From the IMG/VR virus record IMGVR_UViG_3300024331_000007, positions 256,001-320,000 of that record: DNA of 64,000 bases; one strand, 5' to 3'. Both the position numbers and the translations under genes were made by a program. Below the pieces are notes generated by a model. The model was not told where the DNA came from and ran no database searches. It saw only the letters and a list, made by a program, of their open reading frames with translations. Source of the stretch: a virus (Duplodnaviria; Caudoviricetes). Position 1 is the first letter of the stretch; every line of letters begins with the position of its first letter. Positions 15,908 through 26,042 of the stretch are shown piece by piece.

Positions 15908-16759
15908 ATGAATACTAAACTATATCAGATTTGTTATCTTCCAGAACATTTTTCCGCAGTGGGCGCACGGTTTGACTTTTGGGACAACACAGTCAATGTG
16001 AAACCTGAATTGCGCGAGTATCCAATTTTCGAACGAGCTTATACTTCTAAACTAACCAAAGGTCTTGATTATTGGGGTTTGGTCAGTCCTAAATTTGAAA
16101 AGAAAGCTAATATCACTGGAGGCCAATTTTTGGATTGGGTTGAAACGGTCCAAAAGACCCATCCATGTGATGTATATTTTGTCAATCCAGTTCCCATCGT
16201 GGAGTCAATCTTCCCCGGTACAATCCAGCATGGTGAAAATTGTCATCCCGGTCTTCTGGGCTTATTGCAGCGAAATATTTCAGAAGCCGCAGGAATTGAT
16301 TTAGCATCAATGTACATGGATTGCAACACGTTCTCAATGTGCAACTACTTTATAGGTAATCGTAAATTTTGGGACTCATACATAAACTTCGTCCAAAAAT
16401 TCCTTGATTCTGTTTCAAAAAATCCAGAAGATGACGAATTAATGTATAGAAAGAGTGCCAACTACGGACCCAATAAAACATTACCCTATTATACATTTGC
16501 TGTTGAGCGCCTGTTCAGCATCTTCCTTAATCTGGAACGTAGAAAACAAGGTGGAATAACAGCTACGCACTACACATATTCGCGCGAAGCCCTACTCACG
16601 AAAACAGGTTTGCCTGAGTCTATCATATCAACCCTTATTGCTCTTACAGACATAAAGCAGATGGCAGTTTCGGCTGGATACCCCGGAATGATGCAACATT
16701 GGGCATTTTTTAGAAACCAGCTATGTCAACAGAATCAATATCTGTTTTTGATGGAATAA
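15908..16759 (+). CDS. Glycosyltransferase-like hypothetical protein
   Basis: KLYQICY...REY...YWGLVSPKF...DVYFVNP...CNYFIG...ERLF; recalled from phage glycosylation loci. Confidence 0.5.
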   Translation: MNTKLYQICYLPEHFSAVGARFDFWDNTVNVKPELREYPIFERAYTSKLTKGLDYWGLVSPKFEKKANITGGQFLDWVETVQKTHPCDVYFVNPVPIVESIFPGTIQHGENCHPGLLGLLQRNISEAAGIDLASMYMDCNTFSMCNYFIGNRKFWDSYINFVQKFLDSVSKNPEDDELMYRKSANYGPNKTLPYYTFAVERLFSIFLNLERRKQGGITATHYTYSREALLTKTGLPESIISTLIALTDIKQMAVSAGYPGMMQHWAFFRNQLCQQNQYLFLME

Positions 16760-16767
16760 ATATTGGT

Positions 16768-17463
16768 GTGAACTACGAAAAGATATATCGTCAACTTATA
16801 GATAATCGAAAAAGAGTAAAACCGTCTGGATACAAAGAAAAGCATCATATCCTTCCAAAATGTATGGGAGGAAAAAACAGTAACAGCAATTTGGTGTTTT
16901 TGACTGCAAGAGAACATTATGTCTGTCATAAACTACTTACTAAATTTGTTGATGACAAGTTTAAAGCAAAAATGATATACGCTTGGCATATGATGACGGT
17001 TGATCGAGGGAACAGAAAAGTAAAAATAACTAGTAACGACTACGCAATATTACGAGAACAGCATACATTAGTGGTATCAAACAGAAAAATTTCAAAACAA
17101 ACTAGGAAGAAGATGTCGGCGTGGCAATTAGGAAAAGTTCCTTGGAATAAAGGAAAGACTGGTATTTATTCAGCAGAAACCATTAAGAAAATGTCCGCAA
17201 AAAGAACTGGAACTGTCTCCTCAAAACATACAAAAAAGAAAATTTCTTTAGCTATATCCGGTAGTAATAATCCTATGTTTGGTAAATCTCATACGATAGA
17301 ATCTAAGAAAAAGATGACTGAGGCTAAAATTGGAGCAAATCATCCAAAATTTGGTAAAAAATTCCAATGGGTATTTAATCCTACGACCAATTCTATGAAA
17401 TCTATTATTCACGAAGACTTAGAAAAATATTTACTCAATGGCTTTAGAAAAGGAAGAAAATAA
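16768..17463 (+). CDS. HNH homing endonuclease with NUMOD3 repeats
   Basis: EKHHILPKCMGG...LTAREHYVCHKLL; PWNKG and NPMFGKSHT repeats; GTG start 5 nt after TAAATA (16757-16762). Confidence 0.85.
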   Translation: MNYEKIYRQLIDNRKRVKPSGYKEKHHILPKCMGGKNSNSNLVFLTAREHYVCHKLLTKFVDDKFKAKMIYAWHMMTVDRGNRKVKITSNDYAILREQHTLVVSNRKISKQTRKKMSAWQLGKVPWNKGKTGIYSAETIKKMSAKRTGTVSSKHTKKKISLAISGSNNPMFGKSHTIESKKKMTEAKIGANHPKFGKKFQWVFNPTTNSMKSIIHEDLEKYLLNGFRKGRK

Positions 17464-18194
17464 TGAAAACATTGTGGCTGATTTCGAGCGCCATCCATAC
17501 GCGCCACGGAATCTTTTCTGCCGAACAGCGCCTTGAACAGACTATAGCCACACTTGAGTCAATCAAGGCTGTAGACCCATCGGCTCGTATTCTTATTGTG
17601 GAAAGTAGCGCAGAAGCATCCATAACAGATGAAGAGTCTGACAAACTGAAGCCATACATCGAAGGTCTATTGAACTTTAATCCAGATGTTCAGGTTCAGG
17701 ATATCTACAAGATGGCTGACAAAAACTGGGATGTGGCTAAGAACCTTACAGAATTGGTAGTTTTTGGTAAGGCGTTGGACTTTCTCATTCGTCAGCAACC
17801 AGACCTGTTGGAAGGTATTGATCGCGTATTCAAAATAAGCGGTCGATACCGTCTTAACGAGAACTTCGACATTTCCAAGCATATCGATCCTAAACAAAAT
17901 GAAAATTACATTTTCGCTGCTAGACGCCCGAGCCAATTCCCAGCAATTGTTACGGATGGTTTGTCCCAGCAAGTAATGAGCAGACTTTGGTCATGGCCCC
18001 CACAGAAAACAGCCCTCATTTTCTTCAGATATAATTTGATGATAGAAGACTTCATTGGAACAATGGCCCAAAAGAAGTACCGCGATATTGAGCATCTTCT
18101 ATTCAAATACTTCGGCGGTCCTTATATGGTCGAACTGCCTGTAATTGGCGTTGAAGGTGAAATCGGTCCAAACGGTGCGGCAGTTAAGGACTAA
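17463..18194 (+). CDS. Glycosyltransferase(GT-A)-like conserved phage protein
   Basis: LISSAI...RLEQTIATLESI...ILIVESS...FKISGRYRL...DIEH. Confidence 0.5.
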   Translation: MKTLWLISSAIHTRHGIFSAEQRLEQTIATLESIKAVDPSARILIVESSAEASITDEESDKLKPYIEGLLNFNPDVQVQDIYKMADKNWDVAKNLTELVVFGKALDFLIRQQPDLLEGIDRVFKISGRYRLNENFDISKHIDPKQNENYIFAARRPSQFPAIVTDGLSQQVMSRLWSWPPQKTALIFFRYNLMIEDFIGTMAQKKYRDIEHLLFKYFGGPYMVELPVIGVEGEIGPNGAAVKD

Positions 18195-18209
18195 TCAAAG
18201 GAAAACATT

Positions 18210-18539
18210 ATGAATCATACCAGCGAAGAAATGATGGCGATAGCGAAGCCAAATTGTTTGATCTGTGTGCCACTAATCAAACCGTGGATAGGCATTGTTA
18301 TAAAGTATGCCGAAGATGACTATGACGAAGCTATCTTCTACCCAAACCCAGATCAGGTAAGAATTTCATCTGGAACAAGAATTGTTAGCAGGTTGTTATC
18401 TGAAGCTGACTCAGATGAAATTAAGAGCGATTGCCAAAAGGCCGGTTCAAACAAAGTTCTATCAGTTGATACTGACTGTTCAACCATAGCCATTTTATCT
18501 TGGGACGAATGGGTTGATTATATGAAAAAGCCAGCTTAA
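18210..18539 (+). CDS. Hypothetical protein
   Basis: 109-aa ORF with AAGGA SD. Confidence 0.7.
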   Translation: MNHTSEEMMAIAKPNCLICVPLIKPWIGIVIKYAEDDYDEAIFYPNPDQVRISSGTRIVSRLLSEADSDEIKSDCQKAGSNKVLSVDTDCSTIAILSWDEWVDYMKKPA

Positions 18540-18551
18540 CCGCTGGCTTTT
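18526..18551. terminator. Bidirectional intrinsic terminator
   Basis: AAAAGCCAGC-ttaacc-GCTGGCTTTT between convergent genes. Confidence 0.8.
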
Positions 18552-19234
18552 CTGCCTTTCACATATCCTTGTTGTTCATAATCTGACACGTCTTCGGGAC
18601 GCACAAACTTGCATTTCATAGTTTCTGGATGATAAAGCCAAATGTTTCCGCGCTTTTTAGCCCCGATTCGTTTGCGCGATTCTTCCGTATGAGTTTTGCC
18701 TAGCCAAATTTGATTCCCTTTCTTGAATTTAGACATTTTCTGCCTGAACTCTTCAGATCGTGTAGGATATTTCTTACCTGTTCGAACCAACGACATTTTT
18801 CGTTTACACTCGTCTGACAAAGTTCTACCCTTGAGAGCATTCGAAAGATTTTCCCTGTGCTCTTTTGAGAAGTTCCCACCAAAATTTGGATTGTTCTCGC
18901 CCTTCCATTGTTCTGAACGCCATTTCTTTGTTTCATCTGATTGAAGATGACCTTTTGAACCATCTCCACCATCCGTATGATTTAGCAGGATTCCAGTTCC
19001 TTTGTCGCGGCGTCCATACAGATGAATCAGAAGCATTTCGGCTTGAAAAGCGTCAGCCTCAGTCATGCTTTCGGATATGAATGCGATGTTTTTGGTGTCT
19101 TTAGGGACATGAACTCCTACGTGATGAGAGAATGCTCGTTTTCCAAGCCCTTTTCCGATATAATAGGGTGTTCCCGCGTTGCCGTGAACGGAGTCTCGCT
19201 GGCGTAGGTAGGAATAGACGTAATAAATATTCAT
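18536..19234 (-). CDS. GIY-YIG-like homing endonuclease with NUMOD3 repeats
   Basis: YYVYSYLRQRDS...TPYYIGKG...LLNHTDGGDG; start 19234 after structured leader. Confidence 0.85.
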   Translation of the reverse strand: MNIYYVYSYLRQRDSVHGNAGTPYYIGKGLGKRAFSHHVGVHVPKDTKNIAFISESMTEADAFQAEMLLIHLYGRRDKGTGILLNHTDGGDGSKGHLQSDETKKWRSEQWKGENNPNFGGNFSKEHRENLSNALKGRTLSDECKRKMSLVRTGKKYPTRSEEFRQKMSKFKKGNQIWLGKTHTEESRKRIGAKKRGNIWLYHPETMKCKFVRPEDVSDYEQQGYVKGRKASG

Positions 19235-19299
19235 GTGCTGTTGCTCCACGAAGCGATAGGGCAGTTGGGTCTTCACACTGCGAACTGCGATAGTATTTA
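19235..19299 (-). promoter_or_regulatory. Late promoter plus structured 5' leader of a homing endonuclease (copy 1)
   Basis: ATAAATAC, stem GCAGTT/AACTGC, SD GGAG inside hairpin; homologous to 42490-42556. Confidence 0.65.
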
Positions 19300-19332
19300 T
19301 CTGTGTTGGCTAAATACCAGCAGAGGATACCA

Positions 19333-19896
19333 ATGGCTAAAGATTCCAACCGAATTGATATACAAGCAATTCTTGACAACATCAAAACAGTATCCATGAG
19401 TCCGTCTGCTATGGAGAGCGTTTGTGAGTTTGAACGAGTAATTGACGAAAATGGCCTTTATGCTTTCCATCACTGGAAGGACGGCGAACTCGTTTCCGGT
19501 CCAAACATTACTGCATATCGCGTCACTTGCACATTTTGCTGGCCGCTTGAGAAGATGCCCGATCCTGCTGGTGCGCAACGTCTTCTTTCATATGGTGTAA
19601 AGGTCTATTACAAGAAGGCTTGGTTAGTTTATCCAATCAAGATTAAATCTGAAGACGATTTCAGACCATCCATCAAAAAACCAAGACTCGCCAGAATCAA
19701 GGTTTGGCTTGTCACAATCAATATGCCAAAGTATCTGATTAAGGAAATCAAGCAGAGCAGCAAAGAAATTATCGATCAGGAAATGGATATGGGTGACATT
19801 AACGATAGTTACGAGCAGAACATTAGCCCAGATGAAAATCCGTTAAGCGGAAATGAACCAACTGAATCTGCGCCTATTGCTCCTCAAGGATTCTAA
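19333..19896 (+). CDS. Conserved late hypothetical protein of large T4-like phages
   Basis: EFERVIDENGLYAF..W..GELV.GP...VTCTF.WP..KMPDP.GA.RL; TAAATA at 19311-19316. Confidence 0.75.
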   Translation: MAKDSNRIDIQAILDNIKTVSMSPSAMESVCEFERVIDENGLYAFHHWKDGELVSGPNITAYRVTCTFCWPLEKMPDPAGAQRLLSYGVKVYYKKAWLVYPIKIKSEDDFRPSIKKPRLARIKVWLVTINMPKYLIKEIKQSSKEIIDQEMDMGDINDSYEQNISPDENPLSGNEPTESAPIAPQGF

Positions 19897-19897
19897 C

Positions 19898-20455
19898 ATG
19901 TCAAAGGTATACGAAAGTTTTGAGGCTGGTGATCTGAAGTTGGTCCTTGAACCAAAAATTCAGATTGACGAATTTAGCTCCAAAATCGGCAAAGACGATG
20001 AAATTTGTGTTTTGAGTTTCATAGTGAATGATCGTCAGGCAGCTATTGACCTTGTTGACTTCTTCGAAAAAGGTTACGATTTCATTTTGGATGCTGACAT
20101 TTCCGCCAGCGAAATCAAGCCGGGTAGTTATCTTGTGTTCGTGGAATTACTCCGACGCATGAGAATTATCCCACAAATTTTCAAAATGATTTCTGATCTG
20201 GAAGCTGCAAGTGGACTAAGTCGTAAAGAGTGGAAATTTCGCTATGTAACTGGAAAGGAATATTATACACTGAATAAAGAGGAACTTAAGAAGCATGTTC
20301 CGCTATCACCAAAATCTTACAGAGAACGAGTTGTAACTCCCATCAAAGAGATGCAGAAGTTATCTGGTATCCCAGTTAATGAATCGTTTTCGAAAGACGA
20401 TGCGATTATTCAGGTTCTACAACACGCAGCAGGTATTGATACCCGCACAAAATAA
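19898..20455 (+). CDS. Conserved late hypothetical protein
   Basis: AGDL...IDEFSSKIGKDDEICVLSF...DLVDFFEKGYDFILDAD; start 19898. Confidence 0.75.
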   Translation: MSKVYESFEAGDLKLVLEPKIQIDEFSSKIGKDDEICVLSFIVNDRQAAIDLVDFFEKGYDFILDADISASEIKPGSYLVFVELLRRMRIIPQIFKMISDLEAASGLSRKEWKFRYVTGKEYYTLNKEELKKHVPLSPKSYRERVVTPIKEMQKLSGIPVNESFSKDDAIIQVLQHAAGIDTRTK

Positions 20456-20467
20456 AAGGAGTTACAT

Positions 20468-20899
20468 ATGTCCTTCAAGACTCTGAATCTTAAGACAGAT
20501 TACGAGAAGATTACCCATTTGTTTTCAACTTTCTTTAAGAAAGAACCACAATGGGCAGTTGTCGCCGAAACCGATTTGGCGTTTGCCGCACCAGTTATCA
20601 ACACAATTATATCGATGACGAAGGAAGCACAATCCGATCCTTCTGTGGCATTGGTTTTATCATCCATAAAGAAAGATTTAGTTCTGGCTACCAAATTCAT
20701 TCAAGCCTATGATAATAGCGTGAATCTAATCGATGTTCTTAACTCGCTAGTAGTAAATCTTCAAGGTTTTTTAACTCTTCCAACAATCCAAGGCCACGTA
20801 CAATTTTCTGATATTTCTGCATATGTGAACGGAGTGCTAGGCGAGATTCAAATGATTCAGGGTTCAATGCCCACAACACCTATAACACCAACAGTCTAA
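20468..20899 (+). CDS. Hypothetical protein
   Basis: 143-aa ORF, AAGGAG SD. Confidence 0.75.
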   Translation: MSFKTLNLKTDYEKITHLFSTFFKKEPQWAVVAETDLAFAAPVINTIISMTKEAQSDPSVALVLSSIKKDLVLATKFIQAYDNSVNLIDVLNSLVVNLQGFLTLPTIQGHVQFSDISAYVNGVLGEIQMIQGSMPTTPITPTV

Positions 20900-20916
20900 T
20901 TCATCGTTCACTATTC

Positions 20917-20945
20917 AAAAGCAGGGAGTAAAATCCCTGCTTTTT
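20917..20945 (+). terminator. Intrinsic terminator
   Basis: AAAAGCAGGGA-gtaaaa-TCCCTGCTTTTT. Confidence 0.85.
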
Positions 20946-20973
20946 CTGCGCCTAAATATAGGTGAGGGAAGAT

Positions 20974-23304
20974 ATGTCCGAAAACAAAAGAATAGGAAGC
21001 CGACCAGCGCCTTACATGAAAACCGAAAACAACGGGATGTTCTCAAGTCCCGGTCCTTTTATCGGTATCATAAAAAACAACATCGACCCTACCTGCGCTG
21101 GAAGACTTCAAGTATATATTCCACAGTACGGTGGCCCTGATGAAAATGATCCGGGTAACTGGCTAACTGTGTCTTATTCAAGCCCCTTCCGTGGGCAGAC
21201 GCGCCAACGCGCCAATTTGAATTGGTATGTTGATGGACATTTTGATTACACCACAACTGATGGACCAATTCAAGAAAACAGTTTTCAAAGTTATGGTTTC
21301 TGGTTTGTTCCGCCTGATTTAAATGGTCGTGTACTTTGTTTCTTTGCCAACAGCGATCCTTCGCAAGGGTATTGGACTGGCTGTATTCAAGATTCTATGG
21401 ACTCGCACATGGTTCCTGCCATCGGCGCTGTTCCTGCCGCAAATACAAATAATCCCGGTGGAGGTGGATACATATGGCAACCATCTGGCGCAAATGCCAT
21501 TCCATCTCATGCAATGTTGCAAAACTTTATTCAAATTTCTGGAGATGGACAAACAGAAATTCCGTTCCGATTACCAGTCAGCGAACCTGTAATTACAAAT
21601 CAGGCAAACTCAAGTCCATCTACGCCTTTACATGTTTTAATGGTTCCTCAGGTTTATCAAACCCTCCAATTGGGAATGCAGGGACTTGCGTTTGATTTTG
21701 TCAGAGGATCAACAAGCGCATCGAGTGTTAGAGAAAATCCAAGTCAAGTATTTGGTATCAGCACACCGGGCCGATTAACCAGTTTTGCTAATGCTGCGCT
21801 GAGTCAAACTCTCATAAATCAACTATCATCTTTTATAAACTCAGGTCAAGCCTCTGGAAGTGCCGAGGGACAAAGTTTAGCGAAGGCTCTTGGATGTTTG
21901 TATCGTACTGGCGGTCATCAATTTGTAATGGATGATGGTTCCGTTGAGGGTCAGGATCAGGGTATTCGTATTCGTACAACTGGCGGAAACGAAATCTTAA
22001 TGGATGATACAAACGGACAAATCTATATTATCAACGGTCCCGGTACGGCATGGATTGAATTGTCACCATCGGGTTACATCGATGTCTTTTCTTCTAAAGG
22101 TTATTCTGTTCGTAGTCAGGGCGACATTAATTTTCACAGCGATCAGAACATTAACTTTAATGCAATTGGTAAAGTACAAATGCATGCGGATAGTGATATC
22201 TCAGTTGATAGCGGAGGAAAGTTTACTACTCGTAGTACAAATGGTGCGACCATATATGACAAAGCAAGCGCACAGATTGGGACTGGAGGAGCACTCACCG
22301 TTTCTGCTAAGAAGGCTGAATTTAATACAGGCGCTGAGTTCAACGTACAAGCCGCATCAGTGCAGCTACCGGGTAAAGCTGGAACGGTTAAAGACCCCGG
22401 CTCTCTGCAATTAAACAAGCAGATCGAAGTTGCTAAACAATCCGGGTCACAGGCTTGGTGGCAGAAAGGAACATTCAAGTCTATTACCTCTCGCGCACCT
22501 GCACATGAACCTTGGCCCGGTCACGAAATTAATGGTATTAAAACAACATCAGTTCCACAAGGAAATGCTTTGGGGACTCCAATTCAACGTCCACAATCTG
22601 GATCAACAAGTTCTGGCGTTCGCGGAACTAACCTCGGCCAATCTGTGAATGAATCTGATATTGCCACTCAACCATTAACTGGACCTTTATGCGGACTAAC
22701 TGTTACTCAGACCCAAGCATTTCTTGCCGCACTAGGTAAGATTGAATCTGGCTGGCCTCAAAATAGACCGGGGATTGGCGGTACTACAACGTGGCAGATT
22801 AGCAATGGCGGAAAAGGCTACTACGCCGTCAACCAACTTGGATTCACTGGAAAATACCAATTTGGTGGTGCTGCGCTGGAGACATTCAAATTTTTGAAGC
22901 CGGGAAGTTCAGCAAACAATACAACAGCCAACGCAATTAACAATCCAGCAAATTGGACTGGTTTCATGGGATGCAATAATGCTGTTGATTTTATGAACAA
23001 TGGATCAGCCCAAGAAGCACTCATCATGTTAATGATGAAAGCCAACTGCAAACTATTAACTAAGTGGGGAATCCTAACTCCTAATAGCTCAGCGGAAGAT
23101 GTTGCTGGATATTTGGGAGTTTGTCAGTTAGTAGGCGCGGGTGGATGTTTGACATATTATCGTCAACAAAATCCCGGCAGTCAATTATACGGCGCTCCAA
23201 CTGGATCATTTTCAACATCTGATGCCAATGGAAGTTCAGCGGGAAGATATTTCGCAATTTCCAGCAATGCAATTCTATTGAGTAATAGCTCGTCTCAGGC
23301 ATAA
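20974..23304 (+). CDS. gp5: Baseplate hub/spike gp5-like protein with C-terminal lysozyme-like domain
   Basis: N-terminal OB fold (GIIKNNIDPTCAGRLQVYIP...FWFVPPDLNGRVLCFFA); beta-helix (GHQFVMDD...IRIRT.GG); C-terminal LGKIESG...GKYQF; TAAATA at 20953. Confidence 0.8.
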   Translation: MSENKRIGSRPAPYMKTENNGMFSSPGPFIGIIKNNIDPTCAGRLQVYIPQYGGPDENDPGNWLTVSYSSPFRGQTRQRANLNWYVDGHFDYTTTDGPIQENSFQSYGFWFVPPDLNGRVLCFFANSDPSQGYWTGCIQDSMDSHMVPAIGAVPAANTNNPGGGGYIWQPSGANAIPSHAMLQNFIQISGDGQTEIPFRLPVSEPVITNQANSSPSTPLHVLMVPQVYQTLQLGMQGLAFDFVRGSTSASSVRENPSQVFGISTPGRLTSFANAALSQTLINQLSSFINSGQASGSAEGQSLAKALGCLYRTGGHQFVMDDGSVEGQDQGIRIRTTGGNEILMDDTNGQIYIINGPGTAWIELSPSGYIDVFSSKGYSVRSQGDINFHSDQNINFNAIGKVQMHADSDISVDSGGKFTTRSTNGATIYDKASAQIGTGGALTVSAKKAEFNTGAEFNVQAASVQLPGKAGTVKDPGSLQLNKQIEVAKQSGSQAWWQKGTFKSITSRAPAHEPWPGHEINGIKTTSVPQGNALGTPIQRPQSGSTSSGVRGTNLGQSVNESDIATQPLTGPLCGLTVTQTQAFLAALGKIESGWPQNRPGIGGTTTWQISNGGKGYYAVNQLGFTGKYQFGGAALETFKFLKPGSSANNTTANAINNPANWTGFMGCNNAVDFMNNGSAQEALIMLMMKANCKLLTKWGILTPNSSAEDVAGYLGVCQLVGAGGCLTYYRQQNPGSQLYGAPTGSFSTSDANGSSAGRYFAISSNAILLSNSSSQA

Positions 23305-23531
23305 TCAAACGATGTCAGATAGCTTTGTTCTACTGATGCTGGAAATTCTTTTTGATTGATCCACGTTTCGGCAACCGTCTTTTCTGAGTCAGCATGACCA
23401 ACCCATTCGATTGTGAACGGCATTTGGTAGAATGTATGATACTCGTCACGAGTGAATATTCCGTAGAATGTTCCATACGGGGAGTCCCAACTCAAAACAT
23501 AGAAAGGTTCCAACGATCCCATATCACTCAT
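23295..23531 (-). CDS. Hypothetical protein
   Basis: 78-aa ORF ending the gp46 operon, ATGA overlap. Confidence 0.6.
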   Translation of the reverse strand: MSDMGSLEPFYVLSWDSPYGTFYGIFTRDEYHTFYQMPFTIEWVGHADSEKTVAETWINQKEFPASVEQSYLTSFDYA

Positions 23532-23863
23532 AGATGATAATACCTTTCTCCTTGATTTTGTTTAGTTTGAGTATTTGTATACTCATTTTTACTCAGAACT
23601 TTATGCATCCATACCCGATGAAAGCCAAACTCTTTTAACTTTGCTGCGTCTTTCCCACACATCTTATATGTGTCTGGTACACCAAATATCTCCAAGCTGT
23701 AATCATAATAGTCATAAGAAAAGTCTTCCCAAGCGAATGGCTTAAGAAGACTATCCAATAAATCACACAACTCAGCATCAATCTTTATCTGTAGAATCTG
23801 TAAATGAAATAAGTCTTCTGCTCTACTTTGTGGTTTAATCGAAGTCGAAGGTTGTAAATCCAT
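23528..23863 (-). CDS. Hypothetical protein
   Basis: MDLQPSTS...KEFGFHRVWMH; AAGGTGG SD before 23863. Confidence 0.6.
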   Translation of the reverse strand: MDLQPSTSIKPQSRAEDLFHLQILQIKIDAELCDLLDSLLKPFAWEDFSYDYYDYSLEIFGVPDTYKMCGKDAAKLKEFGFHRVWMHKVLSKNEYTNTQTKQNQGERYYHL

Positions 23864-25619
23864 TTTCTTTGACCACCTTGCAAATGCTTGTGCATTTGCT
23901 GATGAGTTCGTCTTTATGGCTGATGAGCCAAACATCTTTGTGATGTTCGCGACTCATATCTCTCAACAACTTCACGGCGCTATCTGTTCCGTTGCTATCA
24001 ATACCAGCATCAATCGACTCATCGATCATAAGAATACTTATCTTCTGGAACAAACTTTCCCACACATCACGGAACGAAAAACTGAGACCAAGACTGAGTC
24101 GCGCCATCTCTCCACGAGACAGGTTACCGGGACTCAATTCTCTGCCGAGTTCTGTAATACCAACCGATAAGTCATTTTGGAATACAACCTCGTGAGGTAA
24201 ACCTAGAGCCGTCAGATAATAATTCAACCTCGCATTCAAATAGTTGAGGTTTTGCTCAATGATCTTTTTACGAATAAAGCTGTCCTTGTTAGTTAATAAC
24301 TTCTGCAAAAATTCCTGATGATCAATAAATCTTGCATATGCATTCAGTTGGGTTTTATCTACATCCTCCAATGCGGAGTTCTTCATGCTATCAATCTGTG
24401 AACCATATGGATCAACTTCATTTTGTTTTTGCTGATATTCCTGAGTTAGAAGCATCAACTTATTGCGATGGGCGTGGGCCTCATCAAGGGTGTCATAGTT
24501 TCGAGTTTCGGGCTTATTGGTAACAGGAATCTTTTCAATCTCCGCTGCCAATGCATCCAAACTTTCATTGATAATAGCCAGTTCTTGTTTGCTTGCTTCA
24601 AGCTTAGCTGATGCTTCAATTACTAATTCACCATGCACGTCTGTTGCAAGTTTCTGCTTGCATGTTTGACAACACTGTTCTTTAAGACTATTCAAGTCTT
24701 CTTCGATCTGCGCCAGAATCTTTTGCTCTTTGCTTTGAGCCAATTGCATCTGGGCCTGTTGCTGTTGAAGGTTACTTCTATCACGCTCAGAGTCGTTGTA
24801 TACTTCCCAACTGGCATGCAACAATAGTTCGTTGTCAATGTCAATCTTTGATAGCTTCTGAATCTGCTTATCCAACTTAGCCAGATTTGCTTCCTTTTGC
24901 GTTTGCCACGCTTTCTGTTTCAGAATGAGACTATCAATCTGCTTCTGTATACGTTTATTAGCATCCTCCACCGCTTTTATTCTCGCCTCTTCCTTAGTCA
25001 TTGTTTCGCGAGCAATCTTGATTTCTTCCTTCAACTGCTCAGCCTTTTCGCTGAGCAATGTGATACCAAGAAGCTGTTCGATGATTGTTCTTTGATCGGC
25101 AATCTTCTGGAACAGGAACGGTTGTGTGTAAGTATTAATGGCAACGATCTGACAGAACATGTCATGACTCATGCCAATGACTTTTTCAATTTCCTTCTGT
25201 GTTTCGCGACTATCTCCCTGAGAAGAATCTTCAACTTCATGTTGAGACTTTGGGAGGTCCTTTAGTTTGTTTATACCATCTTCGTAAAATTCAAGTATTC
25301 GGGGCTTCAACCCGCGCACAATACGATAGTTCTTACCATCAGATTCAAAATCCAATGTGACCACCATATTCTTTCCATTTGATGTATTGACAAGATGTTC
25401 TTTTTTGATTTCGGAAATCGGCCAACTAAACAATGCATATGAGATTGCGTTAACCAACGCAGTTTTACCAGTTCCATTTCTTGAACCAGAGTCCTCTCCT
25501 CCCAAATCTAAGTTTTCGCCTAAAATCAAAACTAGTTCATTGCGATTAAGATTTATAGCCTGAGTTGAATTTCCGACTGAAAGAAAATTACGAATTGCTA
25601 CATTCTTTAATTTAATCAT
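23835..25619 (-). CDS. gp46: Recombination endonuclease ATPase subunit (SbcC/Rad50-like)
   Basis: NFLSVGN, Walker A GSRNGTGKT, coiled coil with CxxC hook (CCQTCKQ), LSRGE signature, IDE Walker B, ISHK. Confidence 0.95.
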   Translation of the reverse strand: MIKLKNVAIRNFLSVGNSTQAINLNRNELVLILGENLDLGGEDSGSRNGTGKTALVNAISYALFSWPISEIKKEHLVNTSNGKNMVVTLDFESDGKNYRIVRGLKPRILEFYEDGINKLKDLPKSQHEVEDSSQGDSRETQKEIEKVIGMSHDMFCQIVAINTYTQPFLFQKIADQRTIIEQLLGITLLSEKAEQLKEEIKIARETMTKEEARIKAVEDANKRIQKQIDSLILKQKAWQTQKEANLAKLDKQIQKLSKIDIDNELLLHASWEVYNDSERDRSNLQQQQAQMQLAQSKEQKILAQIEEDLNSLKEQCCQTCKQKLATDVHGELVIEASAKLEASKQELAIINESLDALAAEIEKIPVTNKPETRNYDTLDEAHAHRNKLMLLTQEYQQKQNEVDPYGSQIDSMKNSALEDVDKTQLNAYARFIDHQEFLQKLLTNKDSFIRKKIIEQNLNYLNARLNYYLTALGLPHEVVFQNDLSVGITELGRELSPGNLSRGEMARLSLGLSFSFRDVWESLFQKISILMIDESIDAGIDSNGTDSAVKLLRDMSREHHKDVWLISHKDELISKCTSICKVVKENGFTTFDFD

Positions 25620-25649
25620 TCGCCTACCTGAATCACTTCGATTTATTCA

Positions 25650-26042
25650 TTATACAGCATCAAAGAAATCGTTCATAGTAATTTCTTTGGGGATAGATAG
25701 AATCCCTCGCCATTCATCAGGGATAATAACATTAGAAGGAACGTTGGAAAACATTGGAGCAATTTGTTCGTCCTTGTATCCTGCATTCATACAACCAATT
25801 CGAACCAAATCAAACATGTCTTCTGGATGATCTATTGCATACTGAATAAATGTTTGGACACTACCATTTATTTCATCTAATGATCGTGTAATGTATGGAG
25901 TCTTTTTGGTGGCTATACCATAGCTGTTACCCTGTCTTCCTTCGCCTTGTCCATAAATTGCTCCATGATGTTTCAAAGCAATAAGAGCAGACCCTTTTCC
26001 GTGCCTGCCCTCAAGATTAGAACCAAAAACGTAAACCCTCAT
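25650..26042 (-). CDS. A1S_2505-family phage non-structural protein
   Basis: VYVFGSNLEGRHGKGSA...GAIYGQGEG.QGNSYGIATK...IGCMNAGY...IAPMF. Confidence 0.75.
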   Translation of the reverse strand: MRVYVFGSNLEGRHGKGSALIALKHHGAIYGQGEGRQGNSYGIATKKTPYITRSLDEINGSVQTFIQYAIDHPEDMFDLVRIGCMNAGYKDEQIAPMFSNVPSNVIIPDEWRGILSIPKEITMNDFFDAV

